Below, in pieces: positions 11,701 to 21,109 of a DNA stretch of 64,000 nucleotides (position 1 is the stretch's first letter; every line of letters starts with the position of its first letter). A model generated the notes under the pieces. It worked only from the letters and a program-made list of their open reading frames with translations. It did not search any database and was not told the DNA's origin. The DNA comes from Strigamia acuminata. Taxonomy: Eukaryota. Position numbers and translations under genes: made by a program. The stretch spans positions 15,748,001-15,812,000 of the forward strand of contig OX442314.1 in the NCBI GenBank assembly GCA_949358305.1, read 5' to 3'.

Positions 11701-14700
11701 TCTCTTTTCGCCATTCGGTCCTTATGGTCCGCGTGTTTTTTCGCTCTGTACCGAATTTTTGCTTCGGTGTTCACGCTTCGTTCACTCAACGTAGGATTTT
11801 CGATCGCCACAAGTCGTCGCATTTCCAGCAATTTCTCCGAAATGTTTGGACGGGCGGTCGGTGGTTGGTGAGGAGTTGGGGCGACGGTACTTTGTACGGT
11901 CGCTTTTGTCTCCTCGGCAGCCTTCTTTTTAAGCACAAATGGCTTATGTGGCGGACGAAGAACCTTCTGCGACGTCGTCGCTGCGGGTTTCTTCGTAGAG
12001 ATATTAGTAGAGGCAGTCGGCGGCGGTTGAGAGCGTACGCTCTTCGTTGCCGTTTTCTGTCTTTTCTTTGGGGGTTCCGTCGGTGTGGCATTCGCCACAC
12101 GCGCTTGTTCCCTGTCTGCGATTTCCTTCTCGCGTTCTGCGCGCGATCGGACGCGCATCCAGTTAATATGTCGGTGGTGCAGCGGAATCGGCTGACCGGG
12201 CAGCGTCATGAACATGACAAACCATTCTTCGAGTGGTTGATCCGTCAGCACGATTTCGTCTCCGCCGCAGTTCATGCACGGGATTCGCGATAGATTCCAC
12301 AGTGTGATGTAGCCGAAGCCGTTGCATACTGGGCACTGGACCCATTCGTTGTTTCGGTGATTTTCCATTGTTTTTTCAAACTTTTCGTCTCGATTTTCCA
12401 GAGAAGTTCCACACGACTGGTCAGTGGCGATCGCAGTGAATAAGTGATTTGATCAACGAATGGTGGTGTTTAAGTATGGAACCGGAAGACGTCCCGCGAA
12501 CGTTTAATTGGCGTATGGACCGCAGATGTTTTGTAAACAGTCTGTGATTGGTCCAAATGGGTCTCCCGATTTGAAGTGTCACCTAGCGGTCAATCCCGAT
12601 ATCGGATCGGTAAAACGTGATTTCTCGAAGGTCTATTTGAGTCCGAATTTGGTTTTGGTCGAGCCGTCGTGGGTTTTTGTGAATCCACTTGTGGCAACAG
12701 CAAGGGTTTTATTCTTTTTGGTTTCCCAAAAGGTTTTACTGGTGTTGGCAACTTAGTTGCGATACCAGATTCCGTTGGTCGCACTGGAGTTGGCAATATT
12801 GTTGCTGTTCCAGTGTCCACAGGTTGGTTTTCAAGAACTTCTTCATCTTCCTTATCTAAAATGGGCCATTCAGCCTTTTCTTCTGAGGGGATGAATCTCC
12901 TGAGTTTTACAATGTTGTGTGTACCCCTCGCTTGCAAAGTTATTGGTTTCGCAAGGGCATACGCATTGTTGTTAAAGACTTTAGTTATTACATAAGGTCC
13001 TTCAAAGCGATCCTCAAGGGACGCAGCATATCGATTAGCAGCATTGGACAATGGGTGGGTCTTTAGTAGAACCAAATCTCCAATTTCGAACTTATCGTCG
13101 CTGCGGTGTTGATCGTAGTAAGTTTTCTGTTTTGCTTGGGCCAGACTCTTATTTTTAAGAGCTGCAGCAATCAGAGTACGGTGTCTAGCGACTAGCATTC
13201 TGACAGCGTCGTAGGGCCTATTTGGGTCGAATGGGGTGTCATAAGACACATCTCGATTATCCCAAAATGGTCGTAATTCCCTGCCATACGTCAGCATTGC
13301 TGGTGTAAAACCGGTAGACACATTTGGGGCAGAGTGCAAAGCAAAATTTATCTGGTCAATGCATCTGTCCCAGTGATCGTGCTCAAATGTAAAAATTCGA
13401 AGCATAATCTTGATATTCCTGTTTACGCGTTCAGTCAGGTTAGTCTGGGGATGGTAAGGCGTTGCTTTAATTGGTACAACCCCTGCATCGTCACAGAGAG
13501 TCTGAAACACGTCAGAAATGAATTGGGGGCCATTATCGCTCAACATGAAACGAGGGCACCCATGACAGCTGAAAAATCGTTTTAAAATTGGTGCAATTGC
13601 AGTCATTTTAGCGGATCTCAGCGGTGTAGCTTCCATCCAGCCGGTGGCATAATCCACCACAACTAGAATGAAGCGATTTCTGTTCGAGGTTCTAGGTAAT
13701 GGACCTATTAGATCGATTCCTATCTTCTCAAAACGACCAATTTTTGGAGAAGTTGGGACCATCAATCCCTTTGGTTTTCTCTGAATCGGTTTGCAGCGTT
13801 GGCAGCGATTGCAGCTTGCTACATGAAGTTTTACTTCTTTTTGCATGCCAGGCCAGAAATAAACTCTTTTCAATCGCTCTAGAGTTACTTCAACTCCTCC
13901 GTGACCAGCCATCGGATGGTCGTGAATTAGTTGAAGTGCTGCGAGTTGCAGAGATGGTGGAATAAAGATTTTAAATCCAATTCCCAAATCCTCTTCCTCC
14001 ACAAAGAAATCAGTTTTAAAAGGTGCATAAATAATAAGCATTCCTTTTCTAGTGAGTGTGCAGTCGTACTGCCTTTCTTCCAAGAACTTAGGAAGTTCTG
14101 GTCGAGGTTGTCCATCATCCAATTCCAACCATTCGATTAGTTTTGAAAGATGTTTATCTGCACGCTGCTGTAATATAATGTTCTCGAAAGACATCGGGTA
14201 ATCGGTCTCATTGGTGAGATATGCCAGAGCAACAGGCTCTATAATCTCAGTTAGAGTTGCTTTTCCTTCTAACGGATTGCCATTATCAAGAGAGACTCTG
14301 GATAAGGCATCCGCGACTTGATTGTCGGTGCCTTTTCGGTACTTGATGGTGAAATTTTCATTCTGCAATTTCATTGCCCACCTAGCCAGTCTTCCAGCTG
14401 GGTTTTCCATTGTCATGAGAAATCTCAGAGCATGATGGTCAGTCTCAACTTGGTACTCAGAATATTCAATGTATGGTTTGAACTTATCAACAGCCCAAAC
14501 CACAGCTAAACATTCCAAATCAGTGGTGCTGTAGTTGTTTTCCGCGCCTTGCAGAGTTCTGCTGGCGTACGCAACTGGTCTTAAAGCACCATGGTCATCC
14601 AGTTGCATGAGGACTGCACCGAGCCCGCCGCCACTAGCATCTGTATGGATGGTAAAGTTGCGAGCGAAATCAGGCAGAGGTAGCACAATTCCTTTTGCAA

Positions 14701-17700
14701 GCTGGTTTTTCAGATATTCGAAAGCAACATTGCACTCTTCAGACCATTCCCATTTTGTATCTTTCTTTAAAAGGGCAAAAAATGGTTTTTGAGTAATACT
14801 CAGTTTTGGAATTAGAGCAGCATAGAAACCCACCATCCCAATAAAACGCTGAAGCTGTTTTATACTGGAAGGGGTCGGATAATTTAAAATTGCTTCCACT
14901 TTGTCGTTGTTTGGGCTATAACCCCCATTTGACATCGTGAAACCAAGAAAGTTTAATTCTTCAGGGCAAATAAATGACTTTGACGGACTCGCTGTCAATT
15001 TGTTTTTATCTAATTTTGACAATATGTCATCTAAATGCTGAAGGTGTTCTTCAAATGAGTCGCTAAAAATGATAATATCATCGAGGTAAGCGAGTGCCCA
15101 CTTGTGTTGTGCAGTTCCAAGAACTTGATCCATCATTCTCTGAAACGCACTGGGTGCATTGCACAGTCCGAAAGGCATACGAGTAAACTGGTATGTTCCA
15201 TCAGAAGTAGAAAAAGCAGTTTTCTTCTTGTCACTTGGTTTAAGTTTTATTTGGTAATAACCTTTAGTTAAATCCAAAGTAGAAAAGAACTTTTTTCCAC
15301 CTAAACAGGCCAAAATCATAGAAATTGAGGGCATCTGATAGACGTCCTTAATTGTGATTTTATTTAGCCAGCGAAAGTCAATACAGAGGCGGTACCCTCC
15401 GTCTTTCTTTGCAACAATCACGGGGGGATTTTTATAACTCCCCTCGCAAGGTTCGGCCCAACCATCTCTCAGCAATTCGGCAACCAATTCGCGATAAATC
15501 TCAGCTTTCTTGGGATTCATTGGTCGGTCTTTGCATCGAAATGAAGGCGCATCTCCAGTCGGAATTGGATGTTCCAACGTGGGGTGGCAGCCAGCTTTGT
15601 CACTAAACACATGTCTGTATTTTTCTACAAGAGTTAAGATTTGAGATCTCTGCCTTGGTGACAAATTGCTTTTTGCTAACAGTCTCTGGCTCAAATCAGC
15701 CGTGGAGACAGAAGGTGACTTTGATTCTGCAACCAAAGCATCCCATCGATCCATTATTGCATTTCCAAGTTCTTCAGGCGATGGTGGGTCGTCGAAAGGA
15801 AATGTGTCATGTGGAAAATCAAGAAAGAAATATTCTCGATCTGTTAGATTGAGAACAATCCTATTTTCGATAATCCAAGAGCAACCTAATAATATAAATT
15901 TGGAAGCTGATGGAAGAACAGTAAATGTCACAGGGATTTCGCCACCCCGCCACTTGAGTGACAGCGTGATTGTCCCGATTGGACGTGTTGGCCTATCGCC
16001 AGTGTATACAACTCGATTTTCTAAAAATGGAGTCATAAAGTGCAAGAGGTTTAGCTTTTTAAGCATTCCCCCGCTGATGTACCTGTGGGTTGCCCCAGAA
16101 TCCATCAGAGCGGTGACCTTTAAACCGTTTAGTGTTGCCTTGATGTAAGGCAGGGGAGTAATACTCTTTCCTGTCTTCAATGCAACGTTTACATGGTCGA
16201 TTTCAGGTTCTGTGGAAAAAACCACGCGAGGATCTGGCTCTGTGGATGAAATGTCATCAAATAGAGCATCCTCCATGTCCTCTTCCATTGGAATCAACAC
16301 TATAGTAAGAGCGCAGTCGTCAGTTACTCGGGGGTTTCTGTCGACTGCGACTCCTCGTTTCCCGACATTTCAGGCCAGCCACCAAATTCATTGGCTGCAA
16401 GCATAGCCTGCATCATGCTGTGTTGGGCAGCGGCGATTGTTTCCATTGCTGCTTTAGCGGCTTCCACTTTAAGGGGGCAATCCCTTTCAAAGTGTGCGCC
16501 ACCGCAGCCCCAGCAACCGCCAACTCTTGGTTTGGTCGCATAGTCTTTGAGCCTATTGCTCGGGACTAGCGCCTTCTCGTTGCCTTCTGCGGCCTTTGTT
16601 GCTGCTATCGCAGCATTTTTAGGCGCAGGGAACAGTGTTCTATTGTTTGGATTTCTCAATCCAAACGGAACAAATTTCGGTTTATCTCCACCCGCAGCAT
16701 TTGGTATTGTTACCATTTGCTGGTTGGATTTTTGAATTGGCGTAACAGTTTCTGTTTTTGCCGCCTCAATGATTGCTGCATTTGTCACAGTTTCCTGATT
16801 TATAATCGCGGCCTCCGTAGCAATGCAAGCTTTCCTGAGCGACGCCCAAGTGTTCTCCAAATTAATGGCATTTGCGACCATGTTCTTGGCCGCTGGGCGC
16901 AGAATTGCCAGCACTTTTTGAATTTGCTGGCTCTCGTGCACAGGAATAGTCAATTGAGCGTATAACTTCTCGAGTCTTATCACCACTTGGGTGGCAGACT
17001 CATGAGACAGTTGCTGTGTTTTAGCAATTTCTGCTAAAAGCAGCGCATCGCTCGGACGAAAATGGGTGATAAATTCATGTTCGAATTCCTCCCAATTCGT
17101 TTTGGCATGAGAAGAGAACCATGTGGCCGCATCTCCTCGGAAAAACTTAAACAAATGCTCAGCAAGCACTTGGTTCAGATAGGGCAAAGCAAAGCGTAGA
17201 GAACGTTTTAAATCAATAAGGAAAGACTTAGCTTTCGTTTTGTCCCCTGCAAACGCTTCAATTCCAATGGATTTGACTCGTTTACTTAGCTCTACTTCAT
17301 CCATTGGCCTGGGAGCAGGCATAGCCTGGTCAGTTTTGTGAAGAAACTTTTCTCCCCAAGCCAGAAAAAGAGGATTTCCAGTCGTAGGCGTTGAGCCTGT
17401 GCTGGATCCAGAGTTTGGTGTTGTCACGGTGGGAGAAATCGTGTTTGAGATTGCAGATTGTGCTCTCAAATTCGATTGTCCAGCCGCCACCACGCTGTCA
17501 ACGATAGCTTTTTGACTAGCTATCATCTTCAACAAGCTTTCATTCGATAATTTCGCAGAGTCTAACTCCTGCAAAGCATGAGTTAACCGGTCGCTAATAT
17601 CACCGAATTCCGTGCGCGTTTGCGTTAATTGACGCATAGTGCTATCCGATTTGTCTTGGAGTTCCACCAAGTGATCGGCTACTTTCAGAAGCGTGTCTTC

Positions 17701-20700
17701 CCACACTTCGTAGGTTGTCATATCATCGATAACTAGATTAAAGACGTTGCAAGTCGTTTCAAGCATCGCTTGATCCAACAATTTAACTTTAGGACTTGAC
17801 ATATCGTCGTTTGAAGAAGCAATCGAATTGTTATCCGAGTCGTTCAAATCTGAATCCGTTGCGGGTGTGAAAGAATTAGGTGCAGGAGAGTCCCACGTGG
17901 TCTTACCAGTTCTGGTCGCTGGCATTGACACAATGTGACCAAAAGCAGGACCGCAGCTTGCAAGGTGAACAAGTGGAATTAAGTCACGACCAATGAGGAG
18001 ACAGGAGATTAGGCTCAAGTAGCCATTCTTGGGAGAGGGATTAGTGATGTCACTTCCCCCCCCTGGTTTCCCATTGGTAGAAAAATTAAATTAATTCATG
18101 GAATTGATTTCCCAGAGTTCCAAGAAAATGTCAAAATTTAAAATTCCAATCATTCTCGAAAATTCCGAGATTTCCACATGTTTTTCTATTGTTTTCAGGT
18201 CGCCATCTTGATTTTTTGACAAAAAATAAAACTTTGACCAATATAAATGCCGAATTTTCTCCATTTCTGAAGAGAAACAACATTTTTTTGAAAGCAAAAT
18301 AGAAATTTGTTTGGAACTAGAAGTTCTGAACCAGATCAAAATGGTCTGATTCCACAAAAACATGACTTTTGTGCTTTCCTAAAAAAGCACGAAATCATGT
18401 CTGTAGAACTTCGAAATTTTCAAACCAGTTAATTTTATCATTGTTGGCAACAAATAACAAAATCAAACCGCGCTAGCGCGCAGACAAACCGATTCTTGAT
18501 GCCTCGCAAGAAGAAACAGAGGAAGAAAGATAAGAAAATAAAAATAAAAAATTACAAAATACTGGGTGTTTTTTAATCTAAAAGACACTCAAAAAGTTCC
18601 AATTTTTAGCAGAAGGTTTTTGCAGATATTTACACTACGGGGATATTGTTGCAATCTCTTCTTCTGCCCCAAGAGACCAACAAACGCGCCCGCTCACCCC
18701 TTTCGGAGACTCATTCCAGTCTGCACGAGGCTGCCTTTCGACAGAAACGTGCCTACACTGAGATGTCTGTTCATCCCAATGAAATGGTGTTTTTTGTGGA
18801 ACAGTCAGTTGCACTTAAAGTAAGAAGGAAATGCATCTTCTGTCCCTAGTCGCCTTGGGTCCCACCCTTCAGCCGCCATTGTGAAGCCATATCGCCCTCC
18901 ATTTGGCGCTGTATACAACCCGGCATTTGAGGTGATTACTACCGCTGTCAGGTGTGGAGTCCCAAGAAAACCATGAAAATCATAGATAGGGAAGTTTAGA
19001 GAAAAAGTAAAAAATGAAAAAGATGTAAAAACAACTAATTTCCAAATTACAGAGATTGCTCCAGACTGTGGTTCGAGCACAGTCCTTTAACAAACTGCAG
19101 TAGCCCAGAAATCAAGCAAGAGTGAATAAAATTCAGAAACAAAAGTTACAGGCTAGATTCCCAATCTTTTTTCAAAGTTGGTAGCTACCTGAACGCACAG
19201 ATATCGTTCCTACGCCCTAACGAACTCTCTGTGCCATTTGAGCACTTCACCATCGGTATCCCCGTACCTCCGGCAGCTCTCCCTGCTGTCCGTGTCCCAA
19301 TTTCAGCAACTCTTGGGTTAAATACGTTAACTTGCAGTTGCCTACCAACCAGTACACGGGACAGGGTAGGATTATGACCGATGTGAACCCGGATGAGCGC
19401 CTTGAGCAGCCACAACGCAACCCATAAATTATGAGTCGCAACAAAAATCAAGGCAGTCTTCCCATGTGTGCGGACACTTCGCTGCTACTCGGGTCCAACT
19501 ACACGCCAACTCACCGCACGTGACTGTTCCCGCGCCAGCGACCACTAAGCTAGCAACCTGCATCCAAGCGACTAAACGTCCTACAAGAAATTTGGTGTCA
19601 CTCAAAGCTCAGTTCAACATCGCCTCCTCGCCCGGCCCATAATGGAACCAGTGATTGCAGCGTGGCACCTGGAATATGACCGCTTCTCCCCCGTGGGATT
19701 TGGTTTGCTGGTGGCCACCAGCGCGCCTCCTCCACGAATCGAGTTTGAATACGCTGCAGACTGTCCCATTACTTTTACTTGGGCTGCGCACCAAGAAATA
19801 GAAATAATAAAGAAGGTTTGGAATTATATTCCCCTCCCAACCACTCAGTTTTTTAGGCTAAGCTAGAAAGGAATAGAAGACCGTTGGAAAGTGTGGCTAG
19901 TGTAAGTCCCGGCTTGCCAGTACCCAGGCAAGCTGGACATGCAAAGCCACCAATTTTTGTCTGATCAGGGTCCAATGGTCAGCGATTAGCGGCCGTTTCG
20001 CCTGCTGACCCCCTGTCACAATCATGACCAAGGAAATTTCCCCCTCTAGTTGAAAGAAAAAATTCATTTAATATTGTGCTTCGCACAATCAGTAAATTAG
20101 AATAGTATTCGCAAGAGAATTCAAAATCCTGGACGGGCCCACAATTGTGAGTGTTCGGACGGACGCCACGTGGTCGGGGGAGAGCCACGGAGGCGCTGGA
20201 CGCAACACACACGATAAAACAAACCACGAAATACACGGAGACACAATATAGTTTTAGTTATGGCTTTATTGGATGTCTAGGGGTATGATTGTAGTGTCCC
20301 ATAGTGTATTTCCCAAGGCGGCGGTTCCTTCGAACCGTCCCTAATCAGACCGCGTGGCACGGCGGCCATCGGCCGCCATGACACACGAGGTCGGTAATCG
20401 GTTTTGGGCCACGCCGCCGAAGTTACGGTTAACGTCCGGCGGACGTGGCGCAACTGGACGCTCAGGTCCCGGCGGGCGATATCATCGCCACGCCGATAGT
20501 TTGGGTTATCTCAATAGCCAGTTTCGGAGGCGGTCGCAACACGACCGTTCGCCTTGCTGGTTGATCAACAACTCTCTTGTCCCTACGGGGACCAACCACT
20601 TCCGGAAGGGCGACTTCCGGGGCCCGATCCTGCTTGACCAAAGGCCCGCAGCTCCACCTGGTTGCGGGGGACCGCAACAGGCTGCGCGAGATACGAGAGG

Positions 20701-21109
20701 CGCTGGAGCTGCGCCAAGTGCATTGCCGTTGCAGTGCAGCGACCCGTGCGCAGGGGCAGCTGGTCACAGTATACAAATGCAAAACAATTGATTGAAATGA
20801 AAGAAGAAAAACCTTTTATATAAACGTTTCAGTCTCTTATGGCTGTTCGAATATAATTGGAAAATGATTTAAAATAAAAAATTTCCCGCATTATTTAAGA
20901 TTATTTTCCAATAATAGGCATAGGCAGCTCCGGTAGAAAGGGCCCGGTTTCAACACTGAGGCAGTTTAATGTATCTAAATAATTTTTGTACTTCGATATA
21001 AAAGTTTCAAAAGTAAAATATACTTACTACACAGTTTATACTTTATGGACTCTGCTGATACTTGAATAAGAAAAACTGCAAAAACAGCAGTTAGAACTTT
21101 GAAAAGCAT
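8746..21109 (-). CDS. NPC2: NPC2-like / ML-domain sterol-lipid binding protein, 4 exons, 159 aa, secreted
   Basis: Exons 21028-21109 (MLFKVLTAVFAVFLIQVSAESIKYKLC, signal peptide), 9147-9269 (GEVLDVKVDPC..CILKRNHTVNIGIDFKP), 8896-9083 (VHGILFGAAIPY..PNAC..CQIDAGQTYNY..VLSSYPA), 8746-8832 (VRWQLIG..VCVLIPVKIGD*). Splice phases are consistent (480 nt) and the six Cys fit the ML domain. Intron 1 (9270-21027) holds the retrotransposon. Confidence 0.92.
9981..10603 (-). repeat. 3' LTR (623 bp)
   Basis: Direct repeat of 20146-20768; minus-strand AATAAA at 10100-10105. Confidence 0.97.
10604..10617 (-). other. Polypurine tract
   Basis: Minus-strand CCAGGGGGGGGAAA directly abuts TGTGAC at the start of the 3' LTR. 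Confidence 0.9.
11103..12368 (-). CDS. Accessory ORF3 of the retrotransposon (421 aa): zinc-binding motif plus basic/disordered regions; not env-like
   Basis: Intact ATG-initiated ORF (aaacaATGG context) between pol and the PPT. Contains CPVCNGFG..CMNCGG, PPKKRQK and KKKSNKKSRKK; no signal peptide or transmembrane stretch. Confidence 0.8.
   Translation of the reverse strand: MENHRNNEWVQCPVCNGFGYITLWNLSRIPCMNCGGDEIVLTDQPLEEWFVMFMTLPGQPIPLHHRHINWMRVRSRAEREKEIADREQARVANATPTEPPKKRQKTATKSVRSQPPPTASTNISTKKPAATTSQKVLRPPHKPFVLKKKAAEETKATVQSTVAPTPHQPPTARPNISEKLLEMRRLVAIENPTLSERSVNTEAKIRYRAKKHADHKDRMAKRDAEKAAHQQLTAPSATITSNAPRALVKKIPAQTEKTPDELRTAWAGQYGPQPIQGIVNLIPTKATAAAIAFPAACQLPQTMFGANTAATPAVIMPPMVGERPTNVVFQGFADPPPVCDNNVVATEATIETAMQIDGAPNEESHTPPPPPPVVPEPKATAVKKKSNKKSRKKLAEEFVDDKTEEEPKTDDTPPTPGKSLQ
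12590..16363 (-). CDS. pol: Pol polyprotein (protease, RT, RNase H, integrase), probably expressed by -1 frameshift from gag
   Basis: LMDSGA (protease); YRLCIDFR, MPFGLCNAP, YLDDI (RT); TDAS..ETDH (RNase H); HDHPMAGH..CNRC, IDLIGP, SDNG, TERVNR (integrase); GPY motif. The frame is open back to the slippery site at 16357-16363. Confidence 0.97.
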   Translation of the reverse strand, partial: GKRGVAVDRNPRVTDDCALTIVLIPMEEDMEDALFDDISSTEPDPRVVFSTEPEIDHVNVALKTGKSITPLPYIKATLNGLKVTALMDSGATHRYISGGMLKKLNLLHFMTPFLENRVVYTGDRPTRPIGTITLSLKWRGGEIPVTFTVLPSASKFILLGCSWIIENRIVLNLTDREYFFLDFPHDTFPFDDPPSPEELGNAIMDRWDALVAESKSPSVSTADLSQRLLAKSNLSPRQRSQILTLVEKYRHVFSDKAGCHPTLEHPIPTGDAPSFRCKDRPMNPKKAEIYRELVAELLRDGWAEPCEGSYKNPPVIVAKKDGGYRLCIDFRWLNKITIKDVYQMPSISMILACLGGKKFFSTLDLTKGYYQIKLKPSDKKKTAFSTSDGTYQFTRMPFGLCNAPSAFQRMMDQVLGTAQHKWALAYLDDIIIFSDSFEEHLQHLDDILSKLDKNKLTASPSKSFICPEELNFLGFTMSNGGYSPNNDKVEAILNYPTPSSIKQLQRFIGMVGFYAALIPKLSITQKPFFALLKKDTKWEWSEECNVAFEYLKNQLAKGIVLPLPDFARNFTIHTDASGGGLGAVLMQLDDHGALRPVAYASRTLQGAENNYSTTDLECLAVVWAVDKFKPYIEYSEYQVETDHHALRFLMTMENPAGRLARWAMKLQNENFTIKYRKGTDNQVADALSRVSLDNGNPLEGKATLTEIIEPVALAYLTNETDYPMSFENIILQQRADKHLSKLIEWLELDDGQPRPELPKFLEERQYDCTLTRKGMLIIYAPFKTDFFVEEEDLGIGFKIFIPPSLQLAALQLIHDHPMAGHGGVEVTLERLKRVYFWPGMQKEVKLHVASCNRCQRCKPIQRKPKGLMVPTSPKIGRFEKIGIDLIGPLPRTSNRNRFILVVVDYATGWMEATPLRSAKMTAIAPILKRFFSCHGCPRFMLSDNGPQFISDVFQTLCDDAGVVPIKATPYHPQTNLTERVNRNIKIMLRIFTFEHDHWDRCIDQINFALHSAPNVSTGFTPAMLTYGRELRPFWDNRDVSYDTPFDPNRPYDAVRMLVARHRTLIAAALKNKSLAQAKQKTYYDQHRSDDKFEIGDLVLLKTHPLSNAANRYAASLEDRFEGPYVITKVFNNNAYALAKPITLQARGTHNIVKLRRFIPSEEKAEWPILDKEDEEVLENQPVDTGTATILPTPVRPTESGIATKLPTPVKPFGKPKRIKPLLLPQVDSQKPTTARPKPNSDSNRPSRNHVLPIRYRD
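16309..16363 (-). promoter_or_regulatory. -1 programmed ribosomal frameshift signal
   Basis: G GGA AAC heptamer in gag frame (16363-16357), followed after ~7 nt by CGCAGTCG pairing with CGACTGCG; pol lies in the -1 frame. Confidence 0.85.
16324..17925 (-). CDS. gag: Gag with coiled coil, capsid-like region and CCHC knuckle
   Basis: First ATG of the ORF is at 17925 (MPATRTGK). Contains FRGDAATWF..WEEFEHEFITHF (capsid-like) and CWGCGGAHFERDC (zinc knuckle); TAA at 16324-16326. Confidence 0.93.
   Translation of the reverse strand: MPATRTGKTTWDSPAPNSFTPATDSDLNDSDNNSIASSNDDMSSPKVKLLDQAMLETTCNVFNLVIDDMTTYEVWEDTLLKVADHLVELQDKSDSTMRQLTQTRTEFGDISDRLTHALQELDSAKLSNESLLKMIASQKAIVDSVVAAGQSNLRAQSAISNTISPTVTTPNSGSSTGSTPTTGNPLFLAWGEKFLHKTDQAMPAPRPMDEVELSKRVKSIGIEAFAGDKTKAKSFLIDLKRSLRFALPYLNQVLAEHLFKFFRGDAATWFSSHAKTNWEEFEHEFITHFRPSDALLLAEIAKTQQLSHESATQVVIRLEKLYAQLTIPVHESQQIQKVLAILRPAAKNMVANAINLENTWASLRKACIATEAAIINQETVTNAAIIEAAKTETVTPIQKSNQQMVTIPNAAGGDKPKFVPFGLRNPNNRTLFPAPKNAAIAATKAAEGNEKALVPSNRLKDYATKPRVGGCWGCGGAHFERDCPLKVEAAKAAMETIAAAQHSMMQAMLAANEFGGWPEMSGNEESQSTETPE
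20124..20143 (-). other. Primer-binding site, tRNA-Pro-like
   Basis: TGTGGGCCCGTCCAGGATTT starts 2 nt after the 5' LTR; 3 mismatches to the complement of the usual tRNA-Pro 3' end, TGGGGGCTCGTCCGGGATTT. Confidence 0.65.
20146..20768 (-). repeat. 5' LTR (623 bp)
   Basis: Direct repeat of 9981-10603, followed by the GTAT TSD. Confidence 0.97.

Larger units (their letters stand above)
9981..20768 (-). mobile_element. Full-length young Ty3/gypsy LTR retrotransposon (10,788 bp) with an extra third ORF
   Basis: Two 623-bp LTRs (9981-10603 and 20146-20768) with TG..CA ends, identical by eye; 4-bp TSD GTAT (9977-9980 and 20769-20772); PBS, PPT and intact gag and pol in PR-RT-RH-IN order. Confidence 0.97.

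Noticed and set aside
11125..12293. Plus-strand ORFs of 142 aa and 228 aa overlapping ORF3
   Set aside because: Antisense shadows of a GC-rich coding region, with non-ATG starts and no recognisable motifs.
11103..12368. ORF3 as an envelope protein
   Set aside because: No signal peptide, fusion peptide or transmembrane anchor; it is basic and largely disordered.
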